Assembly: GCA_963840855.1 (NCBI GenBank)
Contig: CAWJBB010000033.1
Span: 1-64,000 of the forward strand
Length of the DNA: 64,000 bases
Direction: 5' to 3'
Origin: an uncultured delta proteobacterium
GTDB lineage: Bacteria > Desulfobacterota > Binatia > UBA9968
In this document: positions 27,534 to 37,467 of the stretch, piece after piece
How the letters are laid out: every line of letters begins with the position of its first letter
How positions within the stretch are numbered: the first letter of the stretch is position 1
Translations under genes and position numbers: made by a program
Notes under the pieces: generated by a model
The model's database searches: none
Told to the model about the DNA's origin: nothing
The model's input: the letters and a program-made list of their open reading frames with translations, nothing else

Positions 27534-28655
27534 CTAATACCCGAAGCCGTAGAGCCGGGCGCAGTTATCCCACAAATATTTCCTTTTTGTCTGTTCGCTG
27601 AATGGGAGTCTTAAGAAACTCTCTACGGCGTGGGGGTATTTCACGTCGAGATGCGGGTAATCGGTTGAGAAGACGATGTTGTCTTCCAGGCCGAAATCCG
27701 GAATATTCTTCGCCACGACTTCGTCGCATTCAACTGAACCCCAGCACTGGCGCTGGAAGTATTCCAGCGGTTCGAGCTTCATTTCCGGGTGTTCGGCCGC
27801 GCCGGTTAGCTCGGCGTATTCACCCATGCGCCAGAGGAGCCAGGGAATCCAGGCGCAGTTGCCTTCCAAAAACGCGACTTTCAATTTTGGAAAACGTTCC
27901 ATGACACCGCCGTAGATCATGTCGGCGCAGGCAAACATGTTGGCCATCGGGAACGACAGCGTGTTGAACATGGCGAAGCTTGGGATGAATTCAGAGATCG
28001 CCGGTTGCGGCAGGAAAACGCGCCCGGCTTCATGGAAGCCGACGGGAATTCCCAGCTTCTGGCATTCCTCCCACAGTGGATCGTAGTAGGGATCGCTCCA
28101 CATTCTGCCGTTGACGTGATTGGGACGCACGAGAATGCTGCGAAAGCCAAGCTCCGTCACGACGCGGCGGGTTTCTTGCACGGCCGACGAGACATCATGC
28201 GGCGCGACTATCGCCGCGCCGAACATCCGGTCGGGAGCGGCTTTGCAAAAATCATACAGCCAGTCGTTATACCCCTTGGCGATGGCGGCGGCGAGTTCCG
28301 GGTCCAATCCGTCGACAGCGAGTACGAACAGCCCGCGGCTCGGATAGAGAATAGCGACGTCAAGTCCTTCTTTGTCCATTGCCTTCAGTTGTGCCACGTT
28401 GTCAAACCCGCGGGCTTCTTCCTCGGGATAACGTTCATTGAGTATCTTCTCGCGGATCGGTCCGAGCGCCGGACTCGACTTTGGCGCTGGGCGCGGCATG
28501 ATCTTGCCATCGACCTCCACGCCGAGGTCCCGTTTGTGCCGGTTGAGGCCGACAGGCGCGCGACCGAGGAATTTCTTGTCGATGTAGTTTTGCCATAGAT
28601 CGCAGGGTTCCATGACATGCATGTCGGAATCCATCGCTTTGAAACCGTTTTTCAT
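27534..28655 (-). CDS. Amidohydrolase_2 family protein
   Basis: Motifs MDSDMHVME, MDKEGLDVAILYPS, VGFHE, ERFPKLKVAFLE and FSTDYPH. Confidence 0.93.
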   Translation of the reverse strand: MKNGFKAMDSDMHVMEPCDLWQNYIDKKFLGRAPVGLNRHKRDLGVEVDGKIMPRPAPKSSPALGPIREKILNERYPEEEARGFDNVAQLKAMDKEGLDVAILYPSRGLFVLAVDGLDPELAAAIAKGYNDWLYDFCKAAPDRMFGAAIVAPHDVSSAVQETRRVVTELGFRSILVRPNHVNGRMWSDPYYDPLWEECQKLGIPVGFHEAGRVFLPQPAISEFIPSFAMFNTLSFPMANMFACADMIYGGVMERFPKLKVAFLEGNCAWIPWLLWRMGEYAELTGAAEHPEMKLEPLEYFQRQCWGSVECDEVVAKNIPDFGLEDNIVFSTDYPHLDVKYPHAVESFLRLPFSEQTKRKYLWDNCARLYGFGY

Positions 28656-28753
28656 GGGAGTCTCCTGAACCTTGGTTCGATCTGCAACGATCCTATCAAA
28701 GCTGGCCGCCGGGGTTCAAACGGGCGATTTGGGACGAGGCGTGATGGCAATAT

Positions 28754-28806
28754 GTAGGGATAGGTCCCGTTCCCCTCTTTTGGGCAACCACGGGGGTTGC
28801 GCCTAC
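28754..28806. repeat. GTAG-type REP-like palindrome pair (degenerate)
   Basis: GTAGGG...GGGCAACCACGGGGGTTGCGCCTAC, intergenic and downstream of the monooxygenase. Confidence 0.5.
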
Positions 28807-28838
28807 GATTTTTCGCCAAATTAAACCGCCGCTCCTAC

Positions 28839-30470
28839 TTATTTGGCGCCGCGGATGTGGTCGATGATGTCAGAGGCGTCTCGTGGGACGGAGTCGCCGC
28901 GCCAGGCGACATGGCCGTCGGGGCGAATCAACACCAAGCCGCGCTCGTAGGTTTCTTTCACTTTCGGTTCGTTCAGCGGGATGATGTTTAGCGGCATGCC
29001 AACTTTGGCTGCCGCGGTGGCGAATGCCGGCGTGTCGCCTTGCTTTGCGGAAAGATCCAATAACGTGAAGCCTCTGCCGAACAGGTCCAGCGTCGATCTG
29101 CCATCTCTAAGCCAGACATGGGGAGCCCGTACACCCGGCCAAGTAGAGGGCACATAGATTCCGTGATCCAGTTCAGGCGGCGCCGTGCCGTCGGCAACGC
29201 AGACGGGCGAGTCTTCATAGCGGTAGCCCAATTCGATACCCGCTGAGTCGTGCTGAAATTCCTTGGCACGGGTGCGCATGATAGCGGCGCGGGCTTTCTC
29301 ACGAAACTGTTTCCCCTCGTCGCTGTCATTCTCGATTTGTGGCGAGAAGGGAGTTTGATTGTCGAAGCTGGCGCGCATTTCAGCGGCTTCGTTGACGTTG
29401 ATCATGGCGATCGGTTTGCGCTCCGAATTGTAACTGTCGAGCAGTTCCGCTCCGCCCCAGCCTTCGAGCACCGCGGCAAGTTTCCAGCCAATGTCGACGG
29501 CGTCGCCGACGCCGGTGTTCATGCCGAACCCTCCCGCCGGCCAGTTTAAATGCGCGGCATCGCCAGCGAGAAAGACCCGTCCTTCCCGGTATCGTTCCGC
29601 CACGACGCAATGGCCGGTCCACGGCCGCATCGCCAAAAGTTCGAAATCAATCGTTTCGCCGAGGGCGGCGCGGAGTTTCTCCGGCGCGTTCAAAACATCG
29701 AGCTGTTCTTGTTGTACGTTTCGGATGTTCAAGCGCCAGAGGTCCTTTCCGTCGACCGCGGCGATGGCGCCGTTAATTTGCGAATTGATAATCTGGTATT
29801 GAACCGCGGCTCCGTGGTTGCCCATCGTCAACAATGGAGCACGAAACAATACCGCCACGTTCATGCCTTGAGAAAAGACGCCTTGGAACTGGATATCAAG
29901 TGCGCGCCGGATATTGCTTCGGCCGCCGTCGCAACCGACCAAATAATCCGCCTCGATGGTTTCATGTCGGCCGGTTTTTTTGTCGACGATCTCGGCGAAC
30001 ACTTGTCCACCGTCTTGCCGGAACGATTCGAAGGAAGTCTCGTAACGAATCTCAACCGTGGGAAGAGAGTTAGCATGCTGGTGCAGGACGGGATCAAAAT
30101 AAGGCTTCGAAATCCACAGCCGGCCTTCCGGGCTATAGGGCGAACGCGCTGCCGGATCGCCATTGGCCGGATGGTCGAAGCGGGCGATTTCATAACCGTC
30201 CATGCGCGTGACGAATAGGTAATTTCTCGGATAGTCGGTCGGGTAGCCCGACTCAAAACGCATGCGGTCGGCGATGCCCCAGCGGCGCAGATGCTCCACG
30301 GTGCGGGTGTTGGCAAGATTGGTCGTAGGAAATTCTACGCTACCGTCGGATTGCTCGACGACGAGACAACGGATGCCGCGATAGGCTAGTTCGATCGCCA
30401 GCGACAAACCGACGGGCCCGGCGCCGGCGATGAGCACGGGATAACGCTTCGACGCAGTCGCCTCACTCAT
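28839..30470 (-). CDS. FAD-dependent monooxygenase (PheA/TfdB-like aromatic hydroxylase family)
   Basis: Motifs GAGPVGL, LVGCDGGRS and LAGDAAH..P.GG.GMNTG; C-terminal RAPHVWL and LIRPDGHVAWR. Confidence 0.93.
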   Translation of the reverse strand: MSEATASKRYPVLIAGAGPVGLSLAIELAYRGIRCLVVEQSDGSVEFPTTNLANTRTVEHLRRWGIADRMRFESGYPTDYPRNYLFVTRMDGYEIARFDHPANGDPAARSPYSPEGRLWISKPYFDPVLHQHANSLPTVEIRYETSFESFRQDGGQVFAEIVDKKTGRHETIEADYLVGCDGGRSNIRRALDIQFQGVFSQGMNVAVLFRAPLLTMGNHGAAVQYQIINSQINGAIAAVDGKDLWRLNIRNVQQEQLDVLNAPEKLRAALGETIDFELLAMRPWTGHCVVAERYREGRVFLAGDAAHLNWPAGGFGMNTGVGDAVDIGWKLAAVLEGWGGAELLDSYNSERKPIAMINVNEAAEMRASFDNQTPFSPQIENDSDEGKQFREKARAAIMRTRAKEFQHDSAGIELGYRYEDSPVCVADGTAPPELDHGIYVPSTWPGVRAPHVWLRDGRSTLDLFGRGFTLLDLSAKQGDTPAFATAAAKVGMPLNIIPLNEPKVKETYERGLVLIRPDGHVAWRGDSVPRDASDIIDHIRGAK

Positions 30471-30620
30471 TGATTGTTACGCATTGCCCATCAACCCGGC
30501 CCCAGCGCTCATGGGATCACGGCCTCTTGGAAATTAACCGAAGTAAATCACAGTTGGCAGGCCGCGACAACGAGAAAACCAAGTCGGTGCAATAAGAGCT
30601 GGAGTGATGGCGGCTGAGAA

Positions 30621-31913
30621 CTATTGACGTTTAACAACAGCCAGCGCTTCCATGTGGAAGGTTTGCGGAAACAAATCGATGGGCTGAACCGTCTGCAGTT
30701 TGTAACCGCGCTGTGCCAGGGCGGCGAGATCGCGCGCCAGTGTCGCAGGGTCGCACGAAATATAGAGTATGGTTTCGGCATTGAGAACCGCGAGGTCGCG
30801 CTCGATGCCTTTGGCGCCGGCGCGCGGCGGGTCGAGAACGATTTTGTTGAACCGTTCTTTGCGCCGCGCCAGTTGCGCCAACGCGCCGGGGACGGGCGCG
30901 ACACGCCAGCGGATATTTTCGATGCCATTGCGCTGGGCATTGAGTTTGCCGCTATCGACCGCATGGCGGTGGCCTTCGACGGCGACGACTTTTCCGGCGC
31001 GCCGGGCGATGGGCAGCGTGAAATTTCCCGCGCCGCAGTAAAGTTCGAGCACATAGTCACCGTTGGCGAATTCGCCGGCGCGCAGAAGATGATGCAAGAT
31101 CGTGCGGTTGCCTTCCGGATTGATCTGAGTGAAAACGTCGGCCTCGACGGCCAGGCACATGTCCGTTTCGGTGGCGACGCTGATACGGGTATCGCCCCAG
31201 ACGTGACGCCGGCCGTAGCCCGCTACGATAACTCCGCACACGCCCGCGCTGCCGTCCAGCAGTTTGCTGATCGTTGCGCTGTCCGAAGGAGCCAATGGTC
31301 CGGCGGCGATGGCGATGAGGACCAGCTCGTTTTCTCCGTCACCGGCGACGATCTCAATTTCCACGATATTTGTCGCCGCCTCTTTAACCCAACTCCGGAC
31401 ATGCTGCAATGCGCGGTTAATCGCCTCCGAGGCGACCTCGCAGCTGTCGATCTCAACCAGATCGTGGGAGAATGAGCGCGAAAAACCGACTTGCCGGCCG
31501 TTGTTACAGCGCAGGCGAATGCGCCGGCGATAGTGAAATTCGCGCGGCGCGGCGACTATAGGAAGGACTTCGAAATCCTTCAGTTTGCCGATGCGCCGCA
31601 GAGCGTCTTCGAGGCTTTGCTGTTTGGCCGTTAGCTGCGCGCCATAGTCGATCTGTTGCCACGGGCAGCCGCCGCAGGGGCCGACGTAGGGGCAAGGGGG
31701 CCGGCGCCTTTGGGCCGAAGCCTCGGTTATATTGATCAGCTCGGCGATGGCATAGCTGCCCTTCGATTCAATCAGGCGGGCGGTCACGCGATCGCCGGGG
31801 ACAGTACCGGCGACCATGATCACCCGGCCATCGTGGCGACCGATGCCGTATGGGCCGTGGGAGAGCGAGCCGATCTCTAGCGTGAATGCGTTTTTCGCGT
31901 TACTCTCAGCCAT
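30621..31913 (-). CDS. rlmD: 23S rRNA (uracil-C5)-methyltransferase RlmD/TrmA family
   Basis: TRAM domain, Fe-S motif CPYVGPCGGC, FTQIN, ELYCGAGNF, LDPPRAG, YISCDPATLARD and DLFPQTFHME. Confidence 0.88.
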   Translation of the reverse strand: MAESNAKNAFTLEIGSLSHGPYGIGRHDGRVIMVAGTVPGDRVTARLIESKGSYAIAELINITEASAQRRRPPCPYVGPCGGCPWQQIDYGAQLTAKQQSLEDALRRIGKLKDFEVLPIVAAPREFHYRRRIRLRCNNGRQVGFSRSFSHDLVEIDSCEVASEAINRALQHVRSWVKEAATNIVEIEIVAGDGENELVLIAIAAGPLAPSDSATISKLLDGSAGVCGVIVAGYGRRHVWGDTRISVATETDMCLAVEADVFTQINPEGNRTILHHLLRAGEFANGDYVLELYCGAGNFTLPIARRAGKVVAVEGHRHAVDSGKLNAQRNGIENIRWRVAPVPGALAQLARRKERFNKIVLDPPRAGAKGIERDLAVLNAETILYISCDPATLARDLAALAQRGYKLQTVQPIDLFPQTFHMEALAVVKRQ

Positions 31914-31922
31914 TGAGAGGAA

Positions 31923-31992
31923 TTAACCACAAAGAGCTCAGTGCGGCAAAGCCGCCACCAAAGGGAAGAAAAGACTTAACCACAAAGGACAC
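31923..31992. repeat. Direct repeat TTAACCACAAAG flanking a GTGCGGC-AAA-GCCGC hairpin
   Basis: Two exact 12-bp copies at 31923 and 31976; a related TAACCACGGGCACAAA occurs at about 35684. Confidence 0.55.
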
Positions 31993-32034
31993 ATTTATAC
32001 TGCGCGCAGCCAGTTCAATTAGTTTTTAGAATAT

Positions 32035-32406
32035 ATGAGTTACCAAGACGATCCGCGGTTTTTTAAGGGAATTGAAGAATTCAACCAGCAGTTGTTCTTC
32101 GAGTGTCACGAGACCCTTGAAGAGATCTGGCTTGAGGAACATGGCGAAGCACGGCCGTTTTTTCAGGGCATCATTCAAATCGCCGCCGGCTATTTCAAGT
32201 TGCAGCAAGGGGTGCCGGCGGGCGCGGTTAAACTCTGGCGCACCGGTCTGGAAAAGATCGCGGCCTATCAGCCGGTGTATTTGGGAATGAACGTGGAAGC
32301 CCTCATGCGCAGCGTCCAACGGAATTTAGCCGAGCTTGAGGACGCGCAACAACACGGCGGCCCAACGCCCGCGCTGGAAATTCCTTCTATACATCTCATC
32401 TGCTGA
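32035..32406 (+). CDS. DUF309 domain protein
   Basis: Pattern GIEEFN...FFECHETLEEIW......FFQGIIQIA. Confidence 0.9.
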   Translation: MSYQDDPRFFKGIEEFNQQLFFECHETLEEIWLEEHGEARPFFQGIIQIAAGYFKLQQGVPAGAVKLWRTGLEKIAAYQPVYLGMNVEALMRSVQRNLAELEDAQQHGGPTPALEIPSIHLIC

Positions 32407-32412
32407 CGCTCT

Positions 32413-33090
32413 TTGATGATCCGCTGTACTGACGTTCGTAAAGTCTACCGCCAGGGCGAAGCTGAAATCATCGCTCTGGGGGGTGTCTCTCTGGAAATAC
32501 CTCGGGGCTCGTTTGCCGCCATCATGGGGCCGAGCGGTTCCGGGAAAAGCACGTTGCTGCATCTGATCGGCGGCTTGGATCGTCCCAGCGCTGGCGAGTT
32601 ACTGGTGGACGGGCGGCTGATAGCGCAAATGGCCGATGATGAGATAACGCTTTTTCGGCGCAAGCGAGTGGGTTTTGTGTTCCAGTTTTTCAATCTGCTG
32701 CCGACATTGACGGCCTTTGAAAATACCGCGCTGCCCTTGGTTCTCGACGGGCGCTCGAAAACGCAAGCGGGTGAGCGCGCGCGCCAGCTCCTGGCCAAAG
32801 TCGGTCTGGAGAAACGCGAGCACCACCTACCCGAAGAAATGTCGGGAGGAGAGGTCCAGCGCGTTGCTATTGCCCGGGCGTTGGCTTTTGGTCCGCCGAT
32901 CCTGTTGGCCGACGAACCGACCGGCAATCTGGACTCGAAAACGGGAGAGGCGATCTTGTCGCTCTTACGCCGGATCAACGAAGAAGACGGTTGTACCGTC
33001 GTGATGGTCACGCATAGCAATGAGGCGGCGAGATACGGCCACCGTACGATCTTTCTCCGCGACGGCAGAGTGGAGAAGGAAACGGCGTAA
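32413..33090 (+). CDS. ABC transporter ATP-binding protein (LolD/MacB-like)
   Basis: Motifs GPSGSGKS, GFVFQFFNL, MSGGEVQR, LADEPTGNLD and MVTH. Confidence 0.95.
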   Translation: MMIRCTDVRKVYRQGEAEIIALGGVSLEIPRGSFAAIMGPSGSGKSTLLHLIGGLDRPSAGELLVDGRLIAQMADDEITLFRRKRVGFVFQFFNLLPTLTAFENTALPLVLDGRSKTQAGERARQLLAKVGLEKREHHLPEEMSGGEVQRVAIARALAFGPPILLADEPTGNLDSKTGEAILSLLRRINEEDGCTVVMVTHSNEAARYGHRTIFLRDGRVEKETA

Positions 33091-35672
33091 TGTTCGCGCT
33101 CCTCAGCACTATCTCTTGGCGCCATGTCCGGCGCCACCGGCTAAGAACACTGCTGACTTTTGTGGGCATGGCCCTCGGTGTCGCGGTGATCGTGGCCATT
33201 GCGCTAGTCAATCGCTCGCTTAGCACTTCATTCCAGGCGACCATCGAGCAGATCGCGGGCAAAGCTGTCTTGCAGGTGTCCAACGCCGAAAGCGGGATGG
33301 CTGAGTCGATCTTTCCAACGATACGGGATACCGAGGGGGTTCAGCATGCCGCGGCGGCAGTCGAGGGCTTCTTGCCGGTGAGCGGTGTGGAGCGGGAGCG
33401 GCTCTATGTTCTCGGCGCGGATCTACTGACGGATTCCGCAGTGCGCGATCATCAGTTCACGGACTCCGGATTCGCTTTTGATCAGGCGCTGGACTTTATC
33501 GCCCAGCCGGATTCCATCGCGTTGACCGAGTCGTTCGCGCGCCGGTTCGGTCTTCGGATCGGCGCGCGCATTACGCTTAGCACCAGCGCTGGAAAGCAAA
33601 ATTACACGGTGCGCGCGCTGCTCAAAGAACAGGGCACGGCGAGGGTCTTCGGCGGTAATTTCGCGCTGATGGACCTGCCGGCGGCGCAGCGAGCCTTCGG
33701 CAAGGAGGGAAAACTCGACGTCGTCGATCTGACCGTGGAAGAGGGCAACAGGATAGAAGCCGTGCAAGAGCGCCTGCGCCTGCGCCTCAGCGGAATGGCG
33801 GAGGTGGAGCGGCCGAAAAAGCGCGGCGAGCAGATCGAGTCGCTGCTGACCTCCTTTCGCGTTGGGCTTTTCTTTGTGAGCTTGATCGCGCTGTTCGTCG
33901 GGTTTTTTCTTATCTACAACACGGTCGCGGTTTCGGTCGTGCAACGCAAGCGGGAGATCGGTACGCTGCGTTGCCTGGGCATGCGGCGGGGCGAATTGCT
34001 CCGTCTCGTCTTGAGCGAAGCGGTGATCCTTGCGCTCGTGGGGGCCGTCGCGGGTTGTTTTCTCGGTTGGGCGTTGGCGCAGGCCGCGCTGCTGGCCGTC
34101 GGCGAAACCGTGCGCAATCTGTTTTCGTCCATCGCGCTCGCCGGCAGCAGCCTGTCCGTGAATGAGTTGGCGTTGGCGCTGGCGAGCGCCGTCGGCGTCG
34201 CCCTGTTTGCGGCTTTGCATCCGGCCGTGGAAGCTATACGAATCAGCCCGTTGGAAAACGCCCGGCAAGCCGCGTGGCGACCGGTCTTTCACGGCAGAAA
34301 ATCTTGGGCGACTCGGCTCGGCTTTCTATGTCTCGTGGTTTCGCCGGCGCTGGTTTTCTTTGCGCCGTCTGTTGCCGGGGCGGTTCGGCAGTTCAGTGTA
34401 GGCATAGTCGGCATGTTGGTGTTTTTGCTCGGCCTTGCGTCCTTTAGTCCGCTGTTCATCAGTTTCGCGGCAAGGCAGTTCCAGCGTTGCGCGGCCGACA
34501 TTCCTGGACTGTCTTGGGCCGAAACCAGACTCGCGTCGGATAGCGTAATGAGAAATCCGTTGCGCTCGGGCATCACCGTTGCGACCATGATCATTAGCCT
34601 GGCGGCGATTTTTACCATCGCAGCCTTTATTAACAGCGTGCGCGGTTCACTGTTGGCGTGGGTGGATCAAATGGTCACCGCGGATATCATAGTAAGCTCG
34701 GGGGCAAGAACCGCCGGGCCGCGAAATGTGTCGCTGCGCGAAGATCCTTTGCCGGGTCTGAAAGCTCTGCCCGGCGTAACAATCGTTGATCTCTATCGTC
34801 TCGTTCGAGCGAACTATCAAGGGAGGACTATCGTCGTGGAATCTTTTTCCGCCGTGGAGTCGGCAAGCGTGCGCACTCTACCCATGGCCGAGGGCGACGG
34901 AACTAAAGCCTTGCGGGAAATGGCGGAAGGCAAGGGAGCGATCATCAGCGAAAGTTTTCAACGCAGGTTTGGCAAAGGCACCCATGACACCATCGAGCTT
35001 GCCACGCCATCCGGTCCGGTGGGCTTCAAGGTGCTGGGCATCTATGTCGACTATTCGTCAGACATCGGCAGCGTGCTGATGGACCGCGCACTCTACAAAA
35101 AATACTGGCGGGATGATCTCGTGGATGCGTTCGACTTGTGGTTGGAGCCGGGCGCGGACATGCAAGCGGTGATAGAAAAGATCAAAGCGGCCTATGGAGA
35201 AAAATACCAGCTGTTTGTGAGCACCCACCGGGAATTGCGAGACGCCGTGGTTAAAATCATGGAACAATCGTTTGTCGTCAACTACGCGGTTGAAATCGTC
35301 GCCATCGTGGTCGCCATCTTCAGTGTCATCAACACACTGCTCGCGTCGGTGATGGACCGGACACGAGAGATCGGCGTGCTGCGCGCCATCGGCGCAACCC
35401 GGGCGCAAATACGGCGCATGGTTCTTTTAGAAGCGGCCGCGATGGGACTCATGGGCGGCGTGCTCGGGTTGTTTGCCGGCACGATCATGGCTTACCATCA
35501 TGTGGTCTATAACACAAAGGTGCTAACCGGCTGGACCTTTCAATTTCACTACCCCTACGACGTAGCGCTGGTCGCGCTTATAGCGGCGGTGCTGCTCTGC
35601 CTCGCTGCCGGCTACGGTCCGGCTAAGCAGGCCGCGGCGACCCCCATCGTGAGCGCCATCGGATACGAATGA
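33090..35672 (+). CDS. ABC transporter permease with two MacB-PCD/FtsX units
   Basis: Motifs R.LRTLLT, V.QRKREIGTLRCLG and DRTREIGVLRAIGAT; translationally coupled to the ATPase. Confidence 0.92.
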   Translation: MFALLSTISWRHVRRHRLRTLLTFVGMALGVAVIVAIALVNRSLSTSFQATIEQIAGKAVLQVSNAESGMAESIFPTIRDTEGVQHAAAAVEGFLPVSGVERERLYVLGADLLTDSAVRDHQFTDSGFAFDQALDFIAQPDSIALTESFARRFGLRIGARITLSTSAGKQNYTVRALLKEQGTARVFGGNFALMDLPAAQRAFGKEGKLDVVDLTVEEGNRIEAVQERLRLRLSGMAEVERPKKRGEQIESLLTSFRVGLFFVSLIALFVGFFLIYNTVAVSVVQRKREIGTLRCLGMRRGELLRLVLSEAVILALVGAVAGCFLGWALAQAALLAVGETVRNLFSSIALAGSSLSVNELALALASAVGVALFAALHPAVEAIRISPLENARQAAWRPVFHGRKSWATRLGFLCLVVSPALVFFAPSVAGAVRQFSVGIVGMLVFLLGLASFSPLFISFAARQFQRCAADIPGLSWAETRLASDSVMRNPLRSGITVATMIISLAAIFTIAAFINSVRGSLLAWVDQMVTADIIVSSGARTAGPRNVSLREDPLPGLKALPGVTIVDLYRLVRANYQGRTIVVESFSAVESASVRTLPMAEGDGTKALREMAEGKGAIISESFQRRFGKGTHDTIELATPSGPVGFKVLGIYVDYSSDIGSVLMDRALYKKYWRDDLVDAFDLWLEPGADMQAVIEKIKAAYGEKYQLFVSTHRELRDAVVKIMEQSFVVNYAVEIVAIVVAIFSVINTLLASVMDRTREIGVLRAIGATRAQIRRMVLLEAAAMGLMGGVLGLFAGTIMAYHHVVYNTKVLTGWTFQFHYPYDVALVALIAAVLLCLAAGYGPAKQAAATPIVSAIGYE

Positions 35673-35700
35673 CGCAAAAGACCTAACCACGGGCACAAAA

Positions 35701-35961
35701 TTACCGCCACCGCAGGTTCAAATCGTTCCAGCCGTCCAATAATCCGGCGGTCGTTTTGAGCGGTCCTTGAATGGCGCCCTCAGCGCGCGCCAATGAAAAA
35801 ACCAGAGAGGTAGCAGCGCGAGTCAAACCTAACTCTTGTGTCACCGGCAAAAAGAAGATGGTGAAGCCGTAAGCATGAAGCCCGCCGCCAAGAAGCCGGA
35901 TGGCGCAACTGGCGCCGATCATGCGCCAGCCATAAAAGAGACTCGTGAACTTATTCAACAA
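35701..35961 (-). pseudogene. Truncated tandem paralog of the adjacent MFS transporter (first ~68 aa only)
   Basis: LFYGW.M....IR.LGGG.H.YGFT.FFLP.TQELGL.RAATSLVFSLARAEGAI.GPL matches the upstream MFS, then runs into unrelated repeat-like sequence. Confidence 0.8.
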
Positions 35962-35968
35962 GCAAATC

Positions 35969-37249
35969 CTAAGTTTGCGGTTTAGGTCTCGTCAACATAA
36001 AGTACAGCGCTCCGGAAACCAGCGAAAGCGCGATGAATCCAGACATCAATGGACTATAGCTCTGATAGTGATCATAGACCGCGCCGGCAATGACCGGTCC
36101 GAAAGCCGGACCCCATAGATAGAAAAAGCTCATGGTGCCGCGGATCGTCGCGAAGGACTTGCGGCCGAAAAAATCGCCGACGGTGGCCCAGCCCACCGGA
36201 AAGATCGATTCCATGAACGTAAACAGCAGGGTAAAAACCCATAACGCCCATTCACCATCACCGTAGGCGAGAAAAAAAATCGACGCCGCGCCGATGGTCA
36301 TGCACAGACCCATCAGTCTGGGCTTGCTCACGTGGTCGGCAATCCAGCCGACGAGCAGATGAGACGGCAGGCTCATAAGGGCCATAGCCGCGAGCAAGGC
36401 GGCGGCGCGTTGCTCCGATACGCCGCGCCACACCATGATCGGAATAAAATGCACGGTGATGGCATTGAACACCGCGACGCGGGTGGTGGTGGCAAGTATG
36501 ATCATCCAGAAGGCCGAGGTTCGCATCGCCTGGTTTAAAGTAAAGTCGGCTTCCGGGCTTTGGCTCGGCGAATCTTTTGTACCTGGCGCCTTGGAGTGAT
36601 AATCGGGCTGGGTAGCCGACGGTGCGGCGCCATCGGGCAGCATGCCCAAGCTCTCCGGCGAACGCTTGACGAACAGCGCCACGGGGACCCCAACCAGAAT
36701 CAAGCCAACGCCGGACAAGAATGCGCCCCAACGCCAGCCCCAGGTATGGACGGTGAAGGCGAGCAGCGGCGTGATCAGCGTGCCGCCAATGCCGATGGCG
36801 GAGCTGACCAGCGTCATGGCAAGAGCGCGCCGGCGGATAAACCAGGTGTTGGCCAAAACCATCGGCGAATGCATGAAGCCGGCGGAAAACGACAGCGAGA
36901 TGACGCCGAGATAGACGACGAGAAAGCCATAGTAGGTTTCAATCGTCGCGAGCAGCATGTAACCGATGCCGGACAGGATAACTCCGGCCAGGATCATCGG
37001 GCGCGGACCGAGGCGGTCGATCAGATAGCCGGCCAGCGGACCTTCGATGGCCCCTTCGGCGCGGGCCAAGGAAAAGACGAGCGAGGTAGCCGCGCGACTC
37101 AGCCCCAGTTCCTGAGTGATGGGTAGGAAGAAGACAGTGAAGCCATAGAGATGGAATCCGCCGCCAAGCATGCGAATGCCGCAGCCGACGGCAACCATCC
37201 ACCAGCCGTAAAAAAGACCATTGAGTCGCGCGGTGAATTTTTCGATCAT
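35969..37249 (-). CDS. MFS transporter (MCT/OFA-like)
   Basis: About 12 TM segments, motif A GYLIDRLGPR, WFIRRRALAM and DFFGRKSFATIRG; likely start MIEKF at 37249. Confidence 0.92.
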   Translation of the reverse strand: MIEKFTARLNGLFYGWWMVAVGCGIRMLGGGFHLYGFTVFFLPITQELGLSRAATSLVFSLARAEGAIEGPLAGYLIDRLGPRPMILAGVILSGIGYMLLATIETYYGFLVVYLGVISLSFSAGFMHSPMVLANTWFIRRRALAMTLVSSAIGIGGTLITPLLAFTVHTWGWRWGAFLSGVGLILVGVPVALFVKRSPESLGMLPDGAAPSATQPDYHSKAPGTKDSPSQSPEADFTLNQAMRTSAFWMIILATTTRVAVFNAITVHFIPIMVWRGVSEQRAAALLAAMALMSLPSHLLVGWIADHVSKPRLMGLCMTIGAASIFFLAYGDGEWALWVFTLLFTFMESIFPVGWATVGDFFGRKSFATIRGTMSFFYLWGPAFGPVIAGAVYDHYQSYSPLMSGFIALSLVSGALYFMLTRPKPQT

Positions 37250-37272
37250 TAATCCGGTAAAAGGGACCCAGG

Positions 37273-37294
37273 CCCTTCGACTGCGCTCAGGGGC
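37273..37294. repeat. REP-like CCCTTCGACTGCGCTCAGGGGC unit
   Basis: Resembles the widespread CCCTTCGACxxxGCTCAGG intergenic repeat; a reverse half (GTCGAAGG) occurs at about 27495. Confidence 0.4.
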
Positions 37295-37467
37295 TGGCCG
37301 GACGGGCATAAAATCCGGAAGGCGTTGGCCGGGCGCGATGATTTCGTTCAAATTATCCGACAGCCCGGCGCAATGTCAACGCTAGGTTAAGACCCCAACG
37401 CTGATGTTTGTTCTTCATTGGTGTATAAAAGTTTCTAACCGAGAGCGCAAAACGAAAGGAAGGCGCG

